A DNA stretch of 62,991 bases, counting the filler, from Lenisia limosa (lineage: Eukaryota > Protista > Breviatea), in assembly GCA_001655205.1 (NCBI GenBank). It is 9 parts of 9 records of this genome, joined end to end, with 100 filler letters (N's around TTAATTAATTAA, not from the genome) between each part and the next. Parts side by side here need not be neighbours in the genome. Positions count along the whole stretch, not along the records: positions 46,677 to 60,244 come from LPNZ01009034.1; positions 60,345 to 61,371 come from LPNZ01006801.1; 7 more parts are not named here. One strand, given 5' to 3'. This document shows positions 49,009-61,471 of the stretch, one piece after another. The translations under genes and the position numbers were made by a program. Each line of letters begins with the position of its first letter. The first letter of the stretch is position 1. The notes below the pieces were generated by a model. The model had not been told where the DNA came from, ran no database searches, and worked only from the letters and a program-made list of their open reading frames with translations.

Positions 49009-52000
49009 TTAGCAACCTTCAGGGAAGTGACCCAGTGGTGAGCACTTCTCATAAACGTTGGGGTAGATAGGCACTGAAGGGGTTAGTTAGTTTAACACTG
49101 GCCCTTGAATACAGTATCCTCATCACTACTTTACCCAGCCCTAACAATCGCCTAAAATCCGCAGACCAGAAGAGAAGTCATTGAGGTCTTGGCGCCAGTA
49201 GCCGAGGAATTGGCAATAAGGCTGGTCATCATCAACATCACAGGACTTCAGGCCTCCACGGGGTTTCTTGTTGAAAAGGTCAAGCTGCGAGGTCAGATTC
49301 TGGTTTGTACAGAAAAAATGCCGAGTAGATATTGAATGTTTGAATAGCACTCAGATTAATAAGTTTGGTCGGTAATATATCGCGAGAAAGGATATATTAC
49401 CTGATAGAGGTCGCGGGGGGTCATTTCGAGTGCGTTAAATTTGGCTGGGTCATCGTCACCCATGAGGCCAGCAAATAAGCCAGCTTCCTGGAAACATAAA
49501 ATGGGAGTGTGTCAAGATACATGTATAATATAAACTCAAATAGTAAGGATCTTATGTGTAGGAGGGGGGGGGGGGGGGGGNNNNNNNNNNNNNNNNNNNN
49601 NNNNNNNNNNNNNNNNNNNNNNNNNNNNNNNNNNNNNNNNNNNNNNNNNNNNNNNNCTTGTAAATAAGTGCCACGGTGGAAGAGCACATGAGAACGGGCT
49701 CAGTGTATCCAGGGTATCTCCAGCTGTCGAGCTCGGGACGGGCAAGAACCTGCACAAAAATATCAATATACGTGGAAATGAGGAAAATAGTCTGTCTGAT
49801 GGAAGTGGCCAACCCTCCCCCTTTCCAACCTCCATCAAATTGAGGCCCATCTCGTCGACGCCAATCACGAGTTCGCGGTAGTGTGTGAAGTTGGTGCCAA
49901 GACGCATATTCGCAGCATCTACCATGTACTGGAGGGAGGTAAAAGTGGCAAACTTATGAAACAAAAATGGGAACTGATAGGGAAAATAAAACGGGGAACA
50001 TCCATGCAATGCGCACGATGGCTTAAAAAAAAACAAAAAAAAACAGGGCAAGTCGCAAAATGAAGGGTATTCTTCCAAAGTGGTCCAAAAAAACAGAGGC
50101 AATTACATAATCTAACACCTTGAACCCACCATATCTCCGGCAGCAGGGAACAAAAGCATCATGGTGGTCACAACCTGGGGTTATAAAACCTTTATACAAC
50201 ACTTTATAAACACGATCCCATAGCTTTCATAAACACTTCATAATATGATCCCGTAACTCACCTCGGGGGTGAAGGTAGGATCAAAGTACTTCGGCTCAAT
50301 GGTATCGAGACCAGCCAAAAGCTCGGCAGTATCAGAGTATGGCTGACCCTGGAGGGTATATATATAAGATCTGAAAATTGCATTTTGCATCAAACTACCC
50401 ACTAGCTTAGAGTACACAATTTGATTACAAATCGATTATGCACTCTGAATATGTCTTTTCGGAATAGTCTTTTATGGAAACCATCTGAATAACTATTGCT
50501 TGGCTTACGTTGAGTCTCTGGAAGGATTCCCACGCCTTCTTGGCGTCGAAATGCTGACGAGCCTTATCACTGGTGGATGAAAAAAGAATTTGGAGAACAG
50601 GCACTCAATAATTCAAGAATAGTCATCATAGAGATACCTATTAAAAAACAGACCTAAGAGGAAGAAGGGACGCGGTACAGGATTCGGGTGTACAGCCATC
50701 ATAAGTGCCGTTCTTCATCTCTGTAAACCAAATGTCGAAGGGTGTCTGAAAATTTAGGGTGAAGTAAAAAGGTCAAAGTCCAAAATTCAAAATAAGTCAC
50801 TCAGCCCCCCCCCCCAAAAAAAAAATCCAGAGTAAACGGGAAAAGATTTGATCAAGGAATATTCTAGAACAAAAATGAAAATGTGTTATTCTGAACCAAT
50901 GGTTAAAATAACAACCAGATACTACACCTAAATAATGAGCTGTGATACCCGACTAATATTACAGGACCTGGCGAAATAATGAAGGCTGAAACTGAGCAGC
51001 TGGCAACTGTCCGTCTGGTCCGCTGACCGACATTCCATTGAAAATTCCTGACATTACAGCACACCAGATGAAGATGGATGAGCCTTATTAAAAATCATGT
51101 CCAGACATTATTCCGGCAAGTACCCCTCCCCCTCAACAAAGCGGCCAGCCTACGCTAAAGACACCCTTCTCGGGCTGGTTCTCAATGACGTGAAGAACAT
51201 TGGTGGCGGGGTCGCGGAGGAAGAGAGCAGCATGACCAGAACGGGCGTAAGTGGCAGCCATAATGGCAGCCTCAACAGAGTTGAACTTGCAAAGAGAAAG
51301 GAAATCCTGGACGGTCAGTCTTGGAAGGCTGAAGATAATGATCATTGTACTACGCAACAATTTCAAAATTTAGGGCCAATTCCCCGCCAACTCCATCCTG
51401 GATCTCATCGGGGTTGATGTGGGCAAAGTCAGTTTGTCGGCGAGCAAACTTCATACCGGTGATCTCCTCAACAAACTCACGAACAGCGTTAGGGTTGTGG
51501 AGCTCAAAGACCTTGAACGCAGTCCAGACCGCTGAGAAAATTAAATTATCACCAAAACATTATCATTTAAAAAGAGGAGGGGAATGATGATGCACTTAGA
51601 GTAGAAATTACCTCTTATTTCGGGGGACACTCGGAAAACGTGGAGTCCAGTGTGTTTGACAAGTTCCCATTCGCCTTCCTTCCAGTGGAAAGTGTCTAAA
51701 GGGTCAGAAACAGGAGAATGGACGCAAACTCTTATGGTCTCCGTGGAACATGACAGGAACAAGCCTGAATGACTTTCCAACAACGACAACATAGACATCC
51801 ATGCATCCAAGAGAGGCAGCCCTTGACGAATTGATGGTGATGTGGCCAGAGCTCGAATCAGCAGTAAACACTGCTTTGGTGTGCTACGACTATGAGGCTT
51901 GTTTAAATCATCACAACGCACCTTAAAGCATTCGGGTTCCCATTCAGCTTTCTCATTGGGCAGCATTGTAGCCTCGAGCATCGGAAGAATTACATCGGCC

Positions 52001-52068
52001 CCCTTTAAAGCGAATGTACATGTGATAATACTGAGTACTACACTCAGAAAGAGGATCAATCCCCTCAT
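49009..52068 (-). CDS. Secreted protein of an uncharacterised plant/protist family (At1g70160-like); probable permuted NlpC/P60 (YiiX/YaeF-like) fold
   Basis: Signal MRGLILFLSVVLSIITCTFA; exons EAAIMAATYARSGHAALFLRD, FDAKKAWESF, AANMRLGT, ARPELDSWRYP, LMCSSTVALIYK|EAGLF, ALEMTPRDLYQ, PYCQFLGYWRQDL, YEKCSPLGHFPEGC* (TAA 49009-49011). Confidence 0.7.
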
Positions 52069-52695
52069 CGTTGTAAACAGTGAATAAATAGATGTGTCAA
52101 TCTGTAATTATTGTTATTAAGTCGTTTTTGTAATCTACAGCACTCAAAGTCTCCTCAAAGTACTCAAATTGGTGAAAGGGTCAAAAAAACAAATAAAAAA
52201 ATATATATAAAGTGTCTAATGACCCCCACATGCTATTGCTAAATTTTTTGCTCGCTCATTTCTGGTGACCAGTATCCGAGCCTCGCTTCGCTGTGGCAGT
52301 TTCCAAGTTAAGTTGACCATAGTTGTCCCTTCTTACTTCTTTACACTCTTTATCAGCTCTCTGTTGAACCATGTAACCGCTGTATAACTTGTATATAACC
52401 GCAGGGACATTGAGATCTTGGCGTTTAATGCGTTGCATTATTATATGGTTAACAACGCACAAATCGCCAAATCACAATTAATCCAGTCGTGCTGATTGTT
52501 ACTTGTTCATTGGCTGCTCAGGCCTGGACCTTGCGGGGTAGATATTCCTTGGATATTCCTTCAAGAATAGATCCCACGAAACCACCGCACAAGAAAGGAA
52601 ACGATAACATCTAGTTCTGCCTCTAGAAAGCTTAAATGATTAGAATACATTACACAGAAGAATATCAGAAAAATACATGATGTTGGACACTTGAT

Positions 52696-55600
52696 CTAGA
52701 AGTTGACCTCAAAATTTACAACCTTGACCCCCGAGCTACCAGCCCCTCCCCGGGTACCACCAATCACTCTTCGGGGTACAGCCGTTTGGGTGCCTCCTTC
52801 AACACCTTGGAAATGGTTACAATCGAAATAATCTACTCGAGTACATGCAAATAAAATATTATTATTATGTATCATAATATATGATATGATATACAAAACA
52901 TACAGAAGCTAGTGTACAGATTTTTTATATATAATTAATATGATATAATGTATTTTATCATATTATATACTATTATATATTATATACAGAAATAGTCCTA
53001 GACCCTTACTAATATCATATGCACTATAAACCCTTCCCCACCAGTTTGGGCACTATGTTGTTTCAGCGCGTAATCTTGAGTTGCGCTCTCGCGTCGGTAG
53101 TGACTCTCAACCGTCTGTGAGCTGTGTGTGCGTTTAGTACGGAGATTAGCCTGGTAGGGGGAGGGAGTAAGAGGTGAGGCTTGAAAAATCTCTCGGTAAA
53201 CTCATTGACTAAATGATGACCGGTAATCAAATACATATCTACTGGCTATCATATGAATGAAAGGATCAACTGCATTTATTGCGAAAACCCCTCCAACCAG
53301 CATAAGTGCTTTCCGTCGCATCTCCCACTCGTTCCACTAAAGAGTTAATAAAAACACCATCTTTGATCCACCTGCTTTAAAAGAATGTAAAAGAATACAC
53401 ACAATTTGAAGACACAAAAAATTCCAATGACAATTGGGAGTACGGCAAATTCATCAGATTAAAAAAAGCGACACAAGAAAAAGAAATTAAAAAATGAGGA
53501 AAGAAACAAGCTTCCTTGTACTTGAATGACCCAAAGAGAAAATAGCTGCTTCAACCCATTGCTCACAAAATATGACTTGTCAATGTTGGATTCTATGAAA
53601 TGTGTCGGGGTCTGCGTGCCAACTTCTTTGCCTTCAGGCTGGAGGGAATAAAAAAAAAAAAATCAGACAGCAACTATTTCTCTCCCCTTCATTTTCAAAG
53701 ACAACCTTAATAACCCCACCCCACTTTAGTAATAGCGAACTGAGTTCCTTCGGCCTTCGTTTGCCCCCTGATTGTAGGCATTTCATTACCAGTAAGTGAT
53801 GGGAATTCCGACTCAAGACCTGCAGTGTTACTTTGGTTTTGGTTTCATGTCAAACTTGAAAAGAATTACAGCAAGATAAAAAAGAATGGTGAACTCAAAG
53901 CCCAAATACCCAAAAGCTGGATTAACTCAGGATTGTTCTGCGCAACTGCCATGACCATGGAAAGAAATCTGAAAATATAAGAAAGATAATAATTTTCTGG
54001 AACTGAGAGCAACCAACAGTGAAAAAGGGAACATGCTGTAGAATGACAATACGATTGGGAAATATCTACATTTTCCTTTCTTCATTACTGCAAAATGCCA
54101 TAAATCACAGTCGAGAGGAGGAGAAACCAACTTTTCCGAGTTTTCCCTGAAGGAGTTCATGGACTGCGCGGAGCTAAAAGCATAGTACCTATATAATAAC
54201 CGCATAAAAAAAACTACATTCCAAATAGGGATCCACCTTATTTCAACAACGTCCAAGTAAATATCAATACCATTGGGGATTTAGGAATCCCTCCTCTTTA
54301 GGTATCTTAGTGCTGATATTAAATGATTATGCCCCCTTCCCCCCTCCCCACCGTCCAGCAATTCCAACAAGGCCCAGTCGAGGGTCACCCGGAAGGAGGA
54401 GACCGTTTCTTTCAGCAACCGCAAGGGGACAGAAACCCTACAATGATAGGTTGTGAAATGCTGACGAAGTATAACATGATTGTTGGCAAAAAAAAAAGTC
54501 TCCCCAGCCAGTAATGGTTATCAACACACCTTTAGCTCAATAGGAAGGTCGAGAAAGTTTGGGTCAGACTCAAGAGTCACTAATTCGCCATCTAAGTTGG
54601 AATCGTCATGTACCTCATCTGGCATGGGAGCTGAAGGAGGTAAGATAACAGCAAAATATTCAATGCACTGGGATTTGGGGGGGGGGGGGANNNNNNNNNN
54701 NNNNNNNNNNNNNNNNNNNNNNNNNNNNNNNNNNNNNNNNNNNNNNNNNNNNNNNNNNNNNNNNNNNNNNNNNNNNNNNNNNNNNNNNNNNNNNNNNNNN
54801 NNNNNGTTTTGTTTTTGGTATGTATCACTTACTATCAGAGATCCATTGATAAAGAACAGGTGTTTCAAATTTGTTGACTAATGAAAATTATGTGGAGACA
54901 CCGGACAACAAAAACCCAAGCACAAAATCAACATGATAAATCACTCCAACGAAAAGCATGGATTCCCTTCCCCAGCTTACATTTGCCCTCAATGCTTGTG
55001 TTGATATCCAGGGAGAGCTCGAATGATTTACTGAAAGGCACAACAGCGTCCAATACCTGGCGTGAGCGGTAAGAAAAAAAAAAAAATGTTAGCAGCTCTC
55101 AAGAATTAGTGTTGAATATATAATATACAGATGAGAAGTAAAACAAGATTGTTCTATAATTCATAAAAAAAAAAATCACAATTTCACCACATCCATTATC
55201 ACAAATCATTCCCACATCTTTTCTTGTTTTCACAATGAGCATTTCATCAAAGAACGAAAGGAAAGACTGTGCAGCAGCAATAAATCTAGGTGGTAGGGGG
55301 GGGGGGGGGNNNNNNNNNNNNNNNNNNNNNNNNNNNNNNNNNNNNNNNNNNNNNNNNNNNNNNNNNNNNNNNNNNNNNNNNNNNNNNNNNNNNNNNNNNN
55401 NNNNNNTCTGAAACTTTAAACAAAAATACAAAAACAAAGCCCAAGCCAGCCTTTGAAGACTAATTTTGACTGATGCAGAGCAAAAAGGTAGCAACGGTAT
55501 CAACAAAATGGCAGGGCAACCACAAAACAAAACACGAGAATACTATCTAGGTTCCGTATTTCTCCTCTTGATTCTCCTGGCTTTTTATGATTATTGTTTG

Positions 55601-58363
55601 ATTTTCTTGTTTTGTCAAAATATATGTACCTCCTTCAGGGATAATGCAAAATTACTATTAAAAAAGTAAATTGCTAACGGGCATAGGCATCATCATGTTC
55701 TTGAGTTTGCAAAAAACTATCATTGATGAGGTCGCTTAATGCGCCAGGTCTGTAACTGTGCCCTCAGCTTAAGATGTATTAAAGTAACCTTTGCCCTATA
55801 TACCCCTATTTTTGTGCTCTTGTATGTGTATTGCCACGAGAAGGTTGTTGAAGGTGTGCTATTATATGACAATATCATACCTGTATAATCAAGCAGGTTT
55901 CCAAACTAAATTCATTATGTAATCTTACCCGGGCCCCAACTGCAACATTTTGGTAAAAGAGGACGGGGCAAAAAATTGGTCAAGCAGCCTGTTTTAATCC
56001 AGCTATTTCTTCCCCACCTCGGATATACTTGATCAGTGGGGACTGCAGTGCGGGCTTTGACGAGGGAACTCAACTCAGCAAGGCGTTCCTGGCTGTGCTT
56101 CATTGCTGCTTCAACTCGGCTCACTGACTACAATGGTAAGTTACTCACAGGTTCGCAGAGTGCCTATAGTATTGTCAGAATATCGATAAATCTTTAGTTT
56201 TTCTAGATTACATGCACAGCAGCAACACTGAGTCCAGTATGTAGCTATGATACACACATAGTATATGATACCATTGAAAAAAAAATGCTTTGCACCAGGT
56301 TGTACAAAACAAAAAATAATTGTCACTCACACTCTGTCTTGTTTAAGAAGCCCTTCCTCTCACATTATGAGCTTCATCATGAAGAAATTGGAGGTACGCT
56401 TGGGCTTGTCTTGAGTTTGCCAGTTCAGCGTTGATACGTTTGGGCAACTGCAAACGTCAGAGGAAATGTAGCATAACAGTACTATATACCCCCCCCCCCT
56501 TATTTGAACATCANNNNNNNNNNNNNNNNNNNNNNNNNNNNNNNNNNNAAGATCGTGAAGGATATTCCTTTCTCAAAAATAAGACTAACCTCTTGGTCTG
56601 TTTTGAGAGCCTGTGAGTAGACATTGACTCGCTGGTCCAAAATATCTAAATGACCTGCTATTTCCCTCAGAAGTTCGCGTCCACTTTTGAGAGCCCGTCC
56701 TTGGACTGTCGTGGGGGGGGGGGGGNNNNNNNNNNNNNNNNNNNNNNNNNNNNNNNNNNNNNNNNNNNNNNNNNNNNNNNNNNNNNNAAAAAAAAAATAG
56801 GAACTCCTGAAACGAATTGTGAACAAAAACAGAATTTCAATGCTACTGTCAAATCGGTTGCAGGGGTCGACAAAATAAATAAAAAGCAAAAATTAGCAAA
56901 AAAAAAAAAGAAGTGTCAAAAACAAAACTGACGATAAAACTACAAAAAATAAGAGTCAAGTACAACAATTCCATTCTTCGCATCTAAGGTACAATTGTTT
57001 ACCACCCTAACCATCTTCAATTCCAAGTCCTCCATTCCCAGTTTCACGATTGAACAGTCGGATTCCAAGAACAATCAAGGTAAGTTCGTTAAGCTCAATT
57101 TCCTATACAGGTAAGCATTTATTGTACGATAATAAACAACCAAACTTCGAACCACAGGGATTCTACAAAGGGAGCCTACTTTTTCGTTTTTCGTCAATGC
57201 AACAAATGTAGCCAGTTCTGATGGAGGGAAAACACTTTCAAGCTGAAAGGATGATCAAAAAAGTTCACATATACTATATGCACTATCACATCATGGTACT
57301 ATTAAATAATACAACATACTACTTCCACATTTAGAGAAGTTCGAAGAAATCCATCAGTATCTTCCAAATTACCCACATACCGCAGCCGTAACTTCACGTA
57401 CAGTTGGCAGGTCAGTAGAAGAACCAACTTCGGACTTCAAAATAATATATGTGACTATTTTCCTGTAAAACGCTTCGTGTGCCGCTCCGCCCCGCGGCCG
57501 TGTTTCAAGAAGCTCCTTGAGAAGTATCTTGGATTCTCGTGATTTATTTTTCTGTTCTTGTTCCATGGTCTCCCCAGAGTGAGCGTATTCCTTGTCGAAC
57601 GCCATCTGTTCAGTCAAATTGGAAAGAAAGAGGGAAGTTAAACTGTTTTTTTATTATTATTATTATTATTTTTGTCGAAGCACATCTCGTTGGATATTAG
57701 GTGGCCAATTGTTAACTTTTTTGGTTATCTCCACTATCCATTACCACAATTCATGACAGTTCCTTCATACCTGCATTTTGATTGTCTCCAGAGCTGGACT
57801 GTTCTCTCGTGTCAATCGGTCAACACAGATCTAAAAGATAAGTAAATATGTTTCAACGGTACACCAAAAAATGTGTAGTGTCCCATATTCCATTTTCGGG
57901 AATATGTTTGGGACCATTCAAAATTGATACAGAAAAGGGGAGTATCAGCCTCAGGAACTGCATTTCCTGAAATCGCATAAGGGGAAAAGTGTGGTTTCCT
58001 TGGTTGTGATCAATATACCATCAAAAGAAACAGCGAAACAATTACAAAAAATAACCCAAAGATTTGACACAATAATAAACCAAGTATTTTCATATAATTA
58101 AAAAGCACTCTGAAACCCCATTACATCTGAGAGCTCAATGATCTGATCTTCGCTTAGCTCATCGTCTAAGGGGAATTTACCAGCATAGCGCTCGTCAAGA
58201 ACCTGTTTAATAAATTAGACCTTATTAATAATGCAGAAAGCCAAGGGAAGGAGCTCACCACTGATTTAATGACGAAAGAAGTGAGAGTATCTTCGACTGT
58301 GACTCCTCTTTGTTCACATTTGGTTTTAATTGTTAGGACAAGTCCTTTGACAGCACCCTCCAT
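52696..58363 (-). CDS. CFAP206: Cilia- and flagella-associated protein 206
   Basis: Exons RGVTVEDTLTSFVIKSVV, FYRKIVTYIILKS...VREVTAA, AVPTDQVYP, LPIELK|GFCPLAVAERNGLLLPGDP, VGTQTPTHFIESNIDKSY, WNEWEMRRKAL, TVESHYRRESATQ; all match recalled CFAP206 motifs. Confidence 0.9.
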
Positions 58364-58629
58364 TGTATACGTATCCTAAGCTTTGATGTCGGGCCACTAT
58401 CTCATAACATTTCAATGTGAAAAAAAAAAGATTACTAGTAATTAAATAAGTAAATAAGATGATAATATGATGATATGTAATAATTTGTTTGGTTGTCAAA
58501 AAAAATTGAAAATTGAAAAAATTATACATTAAAAACCTGGGGGTTGATATACGTTTAATATTGCCGCAGAAATGGACCATTCTACGCCTTCCATACGTCA
58601 ACCACTTTCCTACATTCCTACATTCCTAC

Positions 58630-60244
58630 ATCTCAGTATTCTGCCTGAATTCCCCGAGCCGGGTCCTCCTGGAAGGATTCAGTCCAAAGACTTGGACTAT
58701 ACCCACGTTGGACGGGGAATTAAACACAGCATAAACACCTTTCCTTTTTCTGTTTTTCTTTGTGTCGTGTCTTCGATGTGTCTTTCTTTCTTGTCTTGAC
58801 GATTCCAATCAACATATGGTTTCCCAACGCTTACAGTACTGGTATTCAAGTGCTCTACTCTACCGATGCCATTGTCGTGAGATAAAGTATAGTGCAGTCA
58901 ATGTATATGATATGTAGAAATGAGAAAAAATAAGAGTATCAGGCCGAAGCCGTCCATAATAATCATACCAAAAACTCTGATCATCAACAATAAGGGGGGA
59001 AAGGGGTACATTAAATCATAACTCAACAACAGTGGCACAATACCTTAATATACAAATAAATACAACACTAGAATACGAACACTTGAACTAAATTGTAAGA
59101 AGTATCAAAGCATTTGAAACAGGCAACTAGCACCCCCCTTACGGATTAGATAGTAGAAGCCCACTCCACAAGAGGGGTGAGGACTGATGTGGCGGTATAG
59201 TCATTTGGTATCCACCATTTGTCACTTGCAATGACCGAAAGCGGTTCTTGGAAAGAGACAGTCCATACCTATTAATTATGTAAAGCCATCAACGTTCCCA
59301 TAATCATGTCATTTTTGCCACAGATATGGATAATCCCTACCTGGCTCTTTAGGCTGAACGAAAAGCCGGAAGCACTGAAGGACAGTGAGGTTTTCTTCAG
59401 ATCCGCGAAAATATGGAACTTCATTCTGCTCTTCGATTTGGCCTAAGAAGTAAAATATCTCGAGCATTCTCCATTCGTAATACTTTCTAGTAGTAGGTTG
59501 TAAATAATGGGAAAGAGCGCGCTTACATATTGACAGGATACAAGACACGTTATCCAGAACTCACTTTAAACACCACAACACAATCATTGAAGCAAAGTAC
59601 TTGGCATTTCTTTGGTTTTCCGCTATTCACATGCACTAAAGCTGGAAAGTCTGCATCCAAATGTCTACAGCGTTAGGCAAAAATCAAGGATATTAGAGTC
59701 CTATCATTCTTCCATTCACCACCTCCCCTAGTTACCGAGACGGCTGAAGAAGTTCGACATTTTTGGGAATACCTAAGTGTGTGAACTGGTTATCAGCAAC
59801 TCGCCTGACACTGTCGCTTTTCACTTATATTTCACCCCATTTCTGCCATCTATCTATCTTAAACTTCAATACACACACATAATCATTTGTAAGACATGTA
59901 TGTATGTATTTTTATTTGAAACATACACATGGATGTATATGATACCTCACCCTGAGCATTGCTGATGATCTGCCTCAGCTTTCGAGAAGCATCTGCAGTC
60001 TTCTTCAGCTGATTCACGTCGGATGCAACCGTACTCATATGTTTTAAGGCTCTGGTGGGGGCAATTATATGAACAAAACTGCCCGCTGGCTCCACTTTAC
60101 CCCATGAGGAACATAAGACTTTTACATGATGAGAGCACCCCTCACTCATTCAGTTCTGGTAGAGCTGGATGGTCCTCGTCCAAGGCCTTGATGACGGCTT
60201 TGAGAAGAAGAGGGTATTTACAGATACGCTTGGAGGTGAGGGGG
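58630..60244 (-). CDS. RhoGEF (DH-PH) C-terminal part; 5' truncated
   Basis: RICKYPLLLKAVIKALDEDHPALPELN and ALKHMSTVASDVNQLKK (end of a DH domain), followed by PH-like exons; 3' end tentative. Confidence 0.8.
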
Positions 60245-60559
60245 NNNNNNNNNNNNNNNNNNNNNNNNNNNNNNNNNNNNNNNNNNNNTTAATTAATTAA
60301 NNNNNNNNNNNNNNNNNNNNNNNNNNNNNNNNNNNNNNNNNNNNGGGGGGGGGGGGATTTTGATAAAGTATATTGAGTGTAAAGGTACTAATCACGAACC
60401 GAATATGTTGAAACTGGAGGGGAGATTAGCAACATAGAAAGGGGGAGGAGAGGCTATCAAGACCGGATGACACTGTAACTATACCTTATATTGAATTTCG
60501 TCTCACTTTAATTGTTTTTGTTTTTTCTTCTTGCAGTTATATAATAATCATTTTGTTCA

Positions 60560-61260
60560 GACAAGACGACGTGAGGAGAACAAAGTTCGTTTGGAGCGCG
60601 AAAGGCGCCGACGCAAGGTCGTGGCGGAACAGNNNNNNNNNNNNNNNNNNATCGGTCAAGACTTACCCTGGTCACTGTACATATCATCAGATATCGATAT
60701 GTGGGGATTATGGTATTATATAATAATAGGAGGCACGGGAGGGAGATGTATATGTATAATAAATTGTCAACGTATCCTCGATAAATAGCCACCGAACGTT
60801 TTAACGACTTTTCAGAGGAATTGACCCGAAAACGAAACGAAGCCGCGCTTTTGAACAAACTTTTGAAACACTCGAAGCACGAAAGGAAACTTGGTAGGTG
60901 TTGGTATTCACTTCGGTTCGAAAAAAGACTGAATTTTTCGATAAATCCTCGAAAACTATCGATATTTTACCAAAATGTCCAGCAGTGATATGATACCTCA
61001 TATCCACTTGTAGGGAATTGACCGACACGTCTCAACTCTCGGAATGAACCCTTGTGTTATCTTCATTCATCTTTTTCTCGATAAGCCATCGATATACCGT
61101 GACTTGCAAATCGGTCTAGACTTACCCGAATTATTTCGTACCGAAGAGAAGGATTACCTCAATGTAGCAAGTGAACTGGCTGAGGCACGGCGGCATAAGG
61201 AGACAATCAAGGCCAATCGCCTGTATAGGGAGGAGCAGTACCGCGCCAGGAGACTACTTG
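60560..61260 (+). CDS. SPEF2: SPEF2/KPL2-like central-pair protein, two-exon fragment
   Basis: RLERERRRRKVVAEQ and ASELAEARRHKETIKANRLYREEQYRARR resemble the SPEF2 N-terminal region (REKRRRK..; RHEKE...NRIFREKQ..ERR). Confidence 0.65.
60907..60971. mobile_element. MITE family 1, left half; another partial copy at ~61620-61690
   Basis: TTCACTTCGGTTCGAAAAAAGACTGAATTTTTCGATAAATCCTCGAAAACTATCGATATTTTAC. Confidence 0.85.
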
Positions 61261-61471
61261 TGGGGAGTGGGTGGAATGTAGAGTAAAACGAAGGAAATTT
61301 GTGGGAAAGGAGTAAAACGAAGGAAATTTCAATGAAGAATATTGGCATAAAGGTACTAATCACGAACCCAANNNNNNNNNNNNNNNNNNNNNNNNNNNNN
61401 NNNNNNNNNNNNNNNTTAATTAATTAANNNNNNNNNNNNNNNNNNNNNNNNNNNNNNNNNNNNNNNNNNNN

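Noticed and set aside
7422-61471. TTAATTAATTAA palindromic motif recurring eight times
   Set aside because: Always embedded in 100-nt N blocks; an artificial scaffold linker. Gene neighbourhoods across it have no biological meaning.
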